Virus record (IMG/VR): IMGVR_UViG_2529292977_000015
Length of the DNA: 5,548 nucleotides
Source: a virus
Taxonomy: Duplodnaviria > Heunggongvirae > Uroviricota > Caudoviricetes
Reading direction: 5' to 3' (one strand)
A program made the translations under genes and the position numbers. Each line of letters opens with the position of its first letter. Position 1 is the stretch's first letter. This document shows, one piece after another, positions 1 through 5,493 of this stretch. The notes under the pieces were generated by a model. The model had not been told where the DNA came from, made no database searches, and saw only the letters and a list, made by a program, of their open reading frames with translations.

Positions 1-176
1 GCTCAGGGCGATAAAACGCCAGGTGAATTTATTCAGGTTGTGCAAGTCCCGCCCTTGCGGGTGTGTGGTATGATTTCTCATAGCTACCTCGATACTGTTG
101 CTATCGTTGGTGGTCAGAGGCTGCGAAAGGACGGCAATCCTTTTCAGCCTCGTTTGCATTGAGTGATAAACACTCA

Positions 177-257
177 ACTGGATTCCAGTATAATCACTAA
201 GTGGAATCCACTTCAAGCGTTTTGTTTTGGTCTTTTTCGTGTATACTGGATTCCAGT
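177..257. promoter_or_regulatory. Operator array: three palindromes ACTGGA-T-TCCAGT (177-189), AGTGGA-A-TCCACT (200-212), ACTGGA-T-TCCAGT (245-257), overlapping -10-like hexamers
   Basis: Read directly: 6-1-6 inverted repeats sharing the core TGGAWTCCA, centres at 183, 206 and 251. TATAAT at 189-194 and TATACT at 242-247 on the plus strand. On the minus strand TTGAAG, an 18-nt spacer and TATACT (plus coordinates 192-187) form a divergent promoter candidate with the middle palindrome in its spacer. Confidence 0.45.
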
Positions 258-277
258 AATCACAAAGGGAACCAGAA

Positions 278-457
278 ATGGAAAGAGACCATATCAATAA
301 CAAATCACAGAAATTACAGGCTCGCGCCCCGCATGAAGTTGTTGAGGCTATGGAGCAAGTAAAAGAAACAGGCGAGAGCACTGCGCAATTTATCGTTACA
401 GCCATGCGAGGCGAGATCAAACGCCGCCAGCGCCGCAAGGCCAAAGAAGCGGAATAG
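278..457 (+). CDS. Small ribbon-helix-helix (CopG/Arc/Mnt-like) DNA-binding protein, 59 aa; absent from the supplied ORF track
   Basis: ATG 278 with AAGGGA 7 nt upstream, stop TAG 455-457. Translation MERDHINNKSQKLQARAPHEVVEAMEQVKETGESTAQFIVTAMRGEIKRRQRRKAKEAE shows a strand-helix-helix pattern and a basic tail. It lies directly downstream of the operator array and is followed by an intrinsic terminator. Confidence 0.5.
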   Translation: MERDHINNKSQKLQARAPHEVVEAMEQVKETGESTAQFIVTAMRGEIKRRQRRKAKEAE

Positions 458-545
458 TCCACCAGCAAGCCAGCACACTGATCACATTGCCCACCAGCCA
501 ACAAATCGCTATGATGTTTGGGCTTATGTTTAGTGTTTTCCCATT

Positions 546-577
546 GGCGACCTCTGATCCGGGTCGCCTTTGTTTTG
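546..577 (+). terminator. Rho-independent terminator for the plus-strand RHH transcript
   Basis: 7-bp stem GGCGACC (546-552) pairing GGTCGCC (562-568), 9-nt loop, then TTTGTTTTG. It abuts the stop codon of the convergent Bro-N gene at 578-580. Confidence 0.55.
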
Positions 578-1159
578 TCACTGAATGCGGTTGCCAAAGT
601 AAAACTCAGGCTGATATTCACGTATCAGCCTTTTTTCTTCTTCCTCCAGCTCACGCTTTTTGCGCTTACATGCCTGTAGCTCCCTCCCCTTCTGACTGGC
701 ACTTAACTGATATTGCTCTTTACGGCGAGAAAAGTCCTGTAATGCGCCCCACGGGATACCATAAGCCCCCGTTTTTCTGATTCCTGGTATCACATTCCTG
801 AATACCCAGTTACTGAAACGATGGGCGAACGTGCCAGGAGTAACAGCTTTCCGACTTCTGGCGATCAGCTTGTAAAAACCGGATTCAGAAATGAGGCTAT
901 GATTTGGATTTCCTCGAATACCGTAGCTTAAAGCGACGGTTTTCTTTTCATCCGCATCTAGTGCTTTTAGAGCATCGCGTGAGTTACTTATTTCCAGAGC
1001 AACACAAACATCCTTTGCAACAAACCACGGATCGCCGTTCAGATACACCACGCGAACGTTCACACTATCAAAGCGCAGAACGACCAGATCACGAAAATCA
1101 CAGAATTTTTTTACATGACGTGCGTCACCCTTGCCCGTCACGGCAATATTTTTATTCAT
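578..1159 (-). CDS. Bro-N domain protein (phage antirepressor-like), 193 aa
   Basis: N-terminal motif FRDLVVLRFDSVNVRVVYLNGDPWFVAKDVCVALEISNSRDALKALDADEKK matches the Bro-N signature. C-terminal tail is charged (KRKKRELEEEEKRLIRE). ATG 1159 with GAGGT upstream. Confidence 0.8.
   Translation of the reverse strand: MNKNIAVTGKGDARHVKKFCDFRDLVVLRFDSVNVRVVYLNGDPWFVAKDVCVALEISNSRDALKALDADEKKTVALSYGIRGNPNHSLISESGFYKLIARSRKAVTPGTFAHRFSNWVFRNVIPGIRKTGAYGIPWGALQDFSRRKEQYQLSASQKGRELQACKRKKRELEEEEKRLIREYQPEFYFGNRIQ
608..643 (+). terminator. Second canonical hairpin plus U-tract (terminator-like) lying inside the Bro-N coding 3' end
   Basis: Perfect 9-bp stem AGGCTGATA (608-616) pairing TATCAGCCT (623-631), 6-nt loop, followed by TTTTTCTTCTTCC. 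Confidence 0.45.
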
Positions 1160-1173
1160 TTCTTTTTTACCTC

Positions 1174-1205
1174 ACATACAAAAAACCCCGCATTGCACGC
1201 GGGGT
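1174..1205 (-). terminator. Rho-independent terminator downstream of the AlpA-like gene
   Basis: On the minus strand, stem CCCCGC/GCGGGG (plus 1186-1191 with 1199-1204), 7-nt loop, then TTTTTTGTATGTG. It sits 13 nt after the alpA stop. Confidence 0.6.
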
Positions 1206-1218
1206 ATGAAAGATATTA

Positions 1219-1422
1219 TTAGTGGGGATTGGCCTGTTCTCGTTGTTTATCTAACCATGCTTCTACATCTCTACGGTGCCAGGTATGTCGTCGTCCAATT
1301 CTGAACGGCTGAGGAAAACCATTATTCTCATCTTTCCAGAAATTGATGAATGCACTCATTGCTCCATATCGCAAGATTTTCATTACGTCTTTAGTAAATA
1401 AAATATCTTCATTGGTATTCAT
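1219..1422 (-). CDS. alpA: AlpA-family (excisionase/MerR-like HTH) DNA-binding regulator, 67 aa from the second ATG
   Basis: MNTNEDILFTKDVMKILRYGAMSAFINFWKDENNGFPQPFRIGRRHTWHRRDVEAWLDKQ fits the Phage_AlpA pattern (hydrophobic HTH, FPxP, conserved W, DVEAWL). ATG at 1422 is preceded by GAGGAGG with an 8-nt spacer. The ATG at 1443 listed in the ORF track lacks an SD and overlaps the int stop. Confidence 0.8.
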   Translation of the reverse strand: MNTNEDILFTKDVMKILRYGAMSAFINFWKDENNGFPQPFRIGRRHTWHRRDVEAWLDKQREQANPH

Positions 1423-1435
1423 TTGCTGAACCTCC

Positions 1436-2674
1436 TCAACCATTTACTACTCTTAAACCTTTCATACCACCGGATCTATTAATTACCCCTTTTCTCGCAT
1501 CATCAAAAAAATCACCGACCCATTGCATCATGATCTTACGCTGTTCTAGATAAATAGTTCTATTATAAATATCTCTTATTTTATCACCACTTTTATGCGC
1601 CAATGCAGCCTCGATTACATCGGGGTTAAATCCCTCCTCATTTAAAAGCGTACTCCACATTGAACGAAAACCATGTAACGTTACAATCCCTTTGAACTTA
1701 CTGGCAGCAATTGGGGTCTTGATAGTATTCCTCCCCATAGGCGCATCTTTTGTTCTGGAGGAAAAAAACACATAACGCCCTCTTTTTATTTCCTGCATTG
1801 TTCTGAGGATACTAATAGCCTGTGATGACAAGGGAACAACATGTTCACGATGGCATTTCATTTTATGCGCGGGGATAATCCACAAGCCAGAATCAAAATC
1901 AATCTCTGACCACTCTGCTTTAATCGCCTCACCTGGCCTGACCATTGTCAATATCTGGAATAAAAGTGCATTATGAGCTATTTGATAGGTATGAGGCACA
2001 CTATCCCACCAGCTCAGAAATTCAGGCAATCTTTCAACAGGTAGTGCTGCTAATGATTTATTTTTCTTTCCTGTGAATGCAGTCTTTATCTTAAGTAATG
2101 GATTTGCTTTCAATGCTCCACAATTTACAGCATAATTCATAATTTCATTTAATCTTGATATTAATTTTTTTTGCAACGCATTCTTATCGGATACGGCATC
2201 CAGAGCATTAATAGCTACTGGTGCTGTAATTTTTTCTATACTGTACTTACCAAAGAAAGGAACAAGATATTTGTATACTTCATATTCGATATTATACAGC
2301 GTAGGTTTCCGCAATTCAGATCCCTTTTTAAAAGCGAACCATGCATTAGCAACAGCTTCAAATGTCTGTAGATTTTTTAGTGACATCTCAATTTTACGAT
2401 TTTTCTTCTCCGTCACTGGATCAACTCCACGTGCAATCATTCGCCGAAGTTCATCACGTACTTCCCGTGCTTCCGCGAGTGAGAATTCAGGAAAACGTCC
2501 TATCGTGTATGTCTGCCGTTTCTTCGTTATCGGATGGCTATAACGGAAACGCCACACTTTCCCACCGGCTTTACTCACATTCAGCAATAAACCGAACCCA
2601 TCATAAACGGCATAGTCCTTTTCACGTGGTTTCATCCCCTTAACTTCAGTCACGGTTAATGGCTTTACCGACAT
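1436..2674 (-). CDS. int: Tyrosine-type site-specific integrase, P4/CP4-57-like, 412 aa
   Basis: N-terminal arm-binding-type region (GKVWRFRY...FPEFSLAEAREVRDELRRMIARGVDP). C-terminal catalytic region HGFRSMWST... and AHKSGDKIRDIYNRTIYLEQRKIMMQWVGDF closely resembles the P4 Int C-terminus. GAGGG SD 6 nt before ATG 2674. Confidence 0.93.
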   Translation of the reverse strand: MSVKPLTVTEVKGMKPREKDYAVYDGFGLLLNVSKAGGKVWRFRYSHPITKKRQTYTIGRFPEFSLAEAREVRDELRRMIARGVDPVTEKKNRKIEMSLKNLQTFEAVANAWFAFKKGSELRKPTLYNIEYEVYKYLVPFFGKYSIEKITAPVAINALDAVSDKNALQKKLISRLNEIMNYAVNCGALKANPLLKIKTAFTGKKNKSLAALPVERLPEFLSWWDSVPHTYQIAHNALLFQILTMVRPGEAIKAEWSEIDFDSGLWIIPAHKMKCHREHVVPLSSQAISILRTMQEIKRGRYVFFSSRTKDAPMGRNTIKTPIAASKFKGIVTLHGFRSMWSTLLNEEGFNPDVIEAALAHKSGDKIRDIYNRTIYLEQRKIMMQWVGDFFDDARKGVINRSGGMKGLRVVNG

Positions 2675-2835
2675 CTATCGCCCTCATTTTTTAGTCCGTC
2701 ATGTAGTCCATTCAAGCCAATAACAAGCGATAAACTAACTCATTATCAAGCAAAGAGAGGAAACTCATAAAATCACAACTCATTGAAAAGACTATGAAAC
2801 GACACCAGAACATACAAACAGGTAAGAAATGTACC

Positions 2836-3843
2836 CTACATCCAAAATGACGCAATCCGGGAGTTTCGTGGCGTTCCGGTGATACTGCCGTCCGCCGCCG
2901 CCCGTTCACCTTCACGAAGCCAGATCCCCTGGTTATTCAGTTCGCGTTTCTGCTCAGGGGCAATCAGCCCGCGACAATGCGGACACATCAGACGGGCAGC
3001 CTGACCGGCAGCCACAAAATCCGGGTTATTCCGGTATCCGGTCATGTTATCCATCACCGGCTGAAAATATTCCCCGCAGTGCGGACACGGCCAGTACCAC
3101 CGGCGGCGGTCTCCCCGGTTATACAGTGACAGGATCCCCGTTGTTGGCGGTGCCTCATGTGCGCCACCACAACGCCATTTGGTATCGGTGATATCCCGCC
3201 CCGGTGAACTCTCGACCAGGGTCATCCCCGAGGACATAAAGGTGGTGGTACGCTTTGAGGCCAGCGTGAAGGCATCCCCTTCCCCGTCCACATTTTCAGG
3301 GAAACGGTCATAATCCGTCAGCGCCACACGACGGTAATCCGAAGAGGAAAAGACGGTGATCGACGGCCAGCCAATCTTCAGGAAGGAGCCGTCAAGAAAC
3401 ATTTTATCGTGGACGTTGTTGTCATTACGGGAAGGACTGAGGCGCTTGCTGACCTCCGGACTGTGGCGAAACGTCCTGGAAAGACGCGTTCTGGAATGCT
3501 CACGCGCCTTCGTCTCAGTCATCTGCACCACCAGCATATCCGCCGGATCACAGATGATGCCGTACACAATCCAGCCATCAATCAGCCCTTCGGTTTTCCC
3601 GGTTCGCGCAGGTCCCACAAACACCACCGCGTCATATTCACGGGCTGATAATGTATTAATGGGGTCAATCATATAGGGCGTCAGCGATGACTCCCACGGA
3701 CCGGAAGTATTGGCTCCCCGTGGAACCCGCATATAACGCCTGATGGCTTCCGCTACTGGTAACCGGCTGGGTGGGCGAAACAGCGAGGCCACTTCGCGCC
3801 AGATATCGGATGCGCGGCTATGGCTCTCGTTCACCTGATTCAC
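2836..3843 (-). CDS. Terminase large subunit (lambda GpA family), N-terminal fragment of ~335 aa, truncated and probably a pseudogene
   Basis: Walker A VFVGPARTGKTEG and Cys motifs WPCPHCGEYFQ and MCPHCRG align with lambda gpA. Full-length gpA is about 640 aa. Similarity runs to ...RIASFW, then M and TAG at 2836-2838. GTG start at 3843 overlaps the Nu1 stop. Confidence 0.85.
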   Translation of the reverse strand: MNQVNESHSRASDIWREVASLFRPPSRLPVAEAIRRYMRVPRGANTSGPWESSLTPYMIDPINTLSAREYDAVVFVGPARTGKTEGLIDGWIVYGIICDPADMLVVQMTETKAREHSRTRLSRTFRHSPEVSKRLSPSRNDNNVHDKMFLDGSFLKIGWPSITVFSSSDYRRVALTDYDRFPENVDGEGDAFTLASKRTTTFMSSGMTLVESSPGRDITDTKWRCGGAHEAPPTTGILSLYNRGDRRRWYWPCPHCGEYFQPVMDNMTGYRNNPDFVAAGQAARLMCPHCRGLIAPEQKRELNNQGIWLREGERAAADGSITGTPRNSRIASFWM

Positions 3844-4316
3844 ATATCGGCCTCATCACAACAGTCAATGACTGCCTTTTCCAGTGTGTCGCGGATCTCA
3901 TCAACCACAATCTGTACTTCATTCAGTTGTGATGCAGTCCACCCCCTGTCCCTCTCCAGCCGGTCAGGCCAGGTTTCCAGTACCTGAACTATCGCTTTCA
4001 CCACGACAGAAAAGGACCGCCTGACATCACTGACTGGCACAAGCTGAACAGTTTCATGCTGAAATTTAAGACGCTCGCGCTCGGACTGATACCATGCCTT
4101 ACGAGCGTGAGGATCCATATCCTCATCTTCGGAAGATGGTGGTTTTTCCAGCAACGAAGTTATCAAATCCGTCAGGAGATACAGTTTTTTCTTTTCATTA
4201 CTGCCTGGTGCAAGAGGAACATCCGCCATTCTGGCGGCAACAGTCTGCCGGTGCAGACCTGAAAGGGCTGCCAGTTGATTAATATTTAACTTCATATTTT
4301 TCAGCTCGCCGTCCAT
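3840..4316 (-). CDS. Terminase small subunit, Nu1-like with N-terminal HTH, 158 aa
   Basis: N-terminus MKLNINQLAALSGLHRQTV parallels lambda Nu1 (MEVNKKQLADIFGASIRTIQ). GGAGG SD 7 nt before ATG 4316. Stop overlaps the terL start, in the lambda Nu1-A order. Confidence 0.85.
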   Translation of the reverse strand: MDGELKNMKLNINQLAALSGLHRQTVAARMADVPLAPGSNEKKKLYLLTDLITSLLEKPPSSEDEDMDPHARKAWYQSERERLKFQHETVQLVPVSDVRRSFSVVVKAIVQVLETWPDRLERDRGWTASQLNEVQIVVDEIRDTLEKAVIDCCDEADM

Positions 4317-4405
4317 TTACATCCCTCCACATAAACCGCAGAACAGAAGTGACTCTGTTTTTTTGTAAAGAAATGCCGCCATATAAAGATGTCGAACAAA
4401 AAACA

Positions 4406-4530
4406 ACCACAATCATCATCTTTTTAATACTAACAGCATTAAAAACAACAAGTTACCATCATGATGATGATGACGATAAAATCACAAAAATGCGCCTTTT
4501 TCCGCGCCCGCCCGCCCCGTGTTCAGGCCC
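4406..4530. other. Putative cos region: GC-rich cosN-like core (~4497-4534) and cosB-like inverted ATCATCATC/GATGATGAT repeats (4412-4420, 4463-4471)
   Basis: Minus-strand reading ACGGGGCGGGCGGGCGCGGAAAAAGG resembles the lambda cosN neighbourhood (ACGGGGCGGCGACCTCGCGGGTTTTCG). It lies about 200 nt upstream of the Nu1 start, as in lambda, between the lysis genes and the terminase. Confidence 0.4.
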
Positions 4531-4777
4531 ACCCCACCAGGAGGACCCGCAAAAATGATAATGGTTATCATTTGCAACAAAATCCAGTTTCTTCCACCAT
4601 CGCACCGGACTGGCGACTATGAGGGGACAACACCGCGCTCCGTTAACGCGGTAAACCCCGGTGTGTATCGTTTTTGATTATCCCCGCACACTCGCGCAGA
4701 GGATTCTCCCGGTCGGGCTGCGGTCTCTGTTAATGCAGGAATACGGCGACAATACCGCGCATGAATAATAAGGTCGC

Positions 4778-5002
4778 TCAACACACTGGCTGTAATGCAG
4801 CGGATACCATGCGGCATTTAGCGGCATTCATCGTACACTCAACGGTTAGCTCTTCATTCGTGGCATTCACCTGAAAGGTCCTGGAGTGTAATTGCGTACA
4901 TTTACCACTGAACGAACCTTCAACAAGAACACGACCACGCTGCAAAATACGGAACGGAATTGTTCCCTGAAAAGGCTTTACGGTTACCAATAATTTCTTC
5001 AT
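4778..5002 (-). CDS. Hypothetical protein, 74 aa from the first ATG, directly downstream of Rz
   Basis: ATG at 5002 with GGAGA SD, 23 nt after the Rz stop. MKKLLVTVKPFQGTIPFRILQRGRVLVEGSFSGKC... has ordinary complexity. The ORF track extends it to a TTG at 5020. No family recognised. Confidence 0.4.
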   Translation of the reverse strand: MKKLLVTVKPFQGTIPFRILQRGRVLVEGSFSGKCTQLHSRTFQVNATNEELTVECTMNAAKCRMVSAALQPVC

Positions 5003-5025
5003 GCATTCTCCGAATAACAAAAATA

Positions 5026-5493
5026 CTAGTTAATACACTGAGTGCGGATATATTCCTGAAGCATTCTCAATGCTGCCTGGTCGCTGATGATTCCGTCTCT
5101 GATACCGAGAACGTTTCGTCCAGCAACCGGAGAGAGTTCGACGGCGGCATCATTGCCCACGCCGGAGGTGCCGGTGGCTTCACGCACGGTACCGGGGCAG
5201 GTGGCGTTGATCCGCAGGCGCTTACGACCAGCGGCAACATCAGCACGCAGAGTTTCATTTTCAGCTCTCGCATCGGCTAATTCCCTCGAGTATTTTGCAT
5301 CGAGCGCAGCAACATCACGCTGGCGCACCTGCATGTCAGTAATGGTGGCATTCGCCTGTTCCAGCTCTCTGGCTTTTTTATCGCGCTGCGCTTTGTAGGT
5401 GAGCGCGTTGTCACGGTAATGGTTTGTTGCCAGCCACAGCGCACCACAGCCAACCGCCATGACAATAATCACCACACACAGAACACGGTTCAT
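5026..5493 (-). CDS. Rz: Rz i-spanin (inner-membrane spanin subunit), 155 aa
   Basis: Near-colinear with lambda Rz: ...[70 protein letters not shown]... N-terminal hydrophobic segment present. Confidence 0.9.
   Translation of the reverse strand: MNRVLCVVIIVMAVGCGALWLATNHYRDNALTYKAQRDKKARELEQANATITDMQVRQRDVAALDAKYSRELADARAENETLRADVAAGRKRLRINATCPGTVREATGTSGVGNDAAVELSPVAGRNVLGIRDGIISDQAALRMLQEYIRTQCIN
5067..5273 (-). CDS. Rz1: Rz1 o-spanin (outer-membrane lipoprotein), embedded in the +1 frame within Rz
   Basis: [22 protein letters not shown]... has a lipobox ending in Cys and the proline-rich [15 protein letters not shown], matching lambda Rz1 (MLKLKMMLCVMMLPLVVVGC...CVKPPPPPAW). Lies wholly inside Rz. 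Confidence 0.85.
   Translation of the reverse strand: MRELKMKLCVLMLPLVVSACGSTPPAPVPCVKPPAPPAWAMMPPSNSLRLLDETFSVSETESSATRQH

Larger units (their letters stand above)
1..2840. mobile_element. Partial integrative element (int-alpA-broN module plus regulatory region); right boundary near 2836-2845, left end beyond the window
   Basis: P4-family integrase reads away from a sharp junction with prophage terminase DNA. A 60-nt sample inside int (1501-1560) counts 22 G+C, while a sample inside terL (2941-3000) counts 37 G+C. The terL frame stops at 2836-2838 right at this boundary. Confidence 0.55.

Noticed and set aside
47-75. Short hairpin CCCGC-CCTT-GCGGG considered as a terminator
   Set aside because: Only a 5-bp stem and the downstream tract (TGTGTGGTATGATTT) is not a clean U-run. 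It lies inside frames that are open on both strands.
487-780. 97-aa plus-strand ORF
   Set aside because: Antisense to the well-supported Bro-N gene and spans both terminator hairpins. The translation is compositionally odd with no SD.
904-1209. 101-aa plus-strand ORF
   Set aside because: Lies entirely antisense to Bro-N and runs through the alpA terminator. The translation is His/Arg-rich and low-complexity.
2171-2643. Three plus-strand ORFs of 66-93 aa (2171-2371, 2271-2543, 2362-2643)
   Set aside because: All are antisense to the integrase, whose homology is unambiguous. They look like shadow ORFs.
2675-2835. tRNA or tmRNA 3' end expected beside a P4-family integrase
   Set aside because: Nothing tRNA-like was seen by eye in this AT-rich interval; the flanking sequence is terminase coding DNA instead. 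A proper tRNA/tmRNA scan would be needed to exclude a short remnant.
2712-2915. 67-aa minus-strand ORF straddling the terL/element junction
   Set aside because: Out of frame with the terL fragment, with no SD and a Cys/Phe-rich implausible translation.
3356-3676. Plus-strand ORFs of 106 and 79 aa
   Set aside because: Antisense to the large-terminase fragment. Shadow ORFs.
4056-4282. Plus-strand ORFs of 68 and 62 aa
   Set aside because: Antisense to the Nu1-like gene. Shadow ORFs.
4349-4558. 69-aa plus-strand ORF containing HHDDDDDK
   Set aside because: The run of His/Asp comes from the CATCATGATGATGATGAC repeat elements of the cos region. The frame crosses the putative cosN core, so it is most likely a non-coding packaging site.
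4555-4683. Possible 42-aa plus-strand ORF behind an AGGAGG (4539-4544)
   Set aside because: The spacer to the ATG is 10 nt, the ATG sits inside the 7-3-7 inverted repeat, and the product is short with no recognisable features. More likely cos-flanking sequence; kept only as a remote possibility.
4617-4817. 66-aa minus-strand ORF
   Set aside because: No SD, an Arg-rich low-complexity translation, and it overlaps the 3' end of the 74-aa gene.
4960-5465. Plus-strand ORFs (106, 103 aa) and a minus-strand 62-aa ORF overlapping Rz
   Set aside because: They overlap the strongly supported Rz/Rz1 genes in other frames or on the opposite strand. Ala/Ser/Arg-rich shadow frames.
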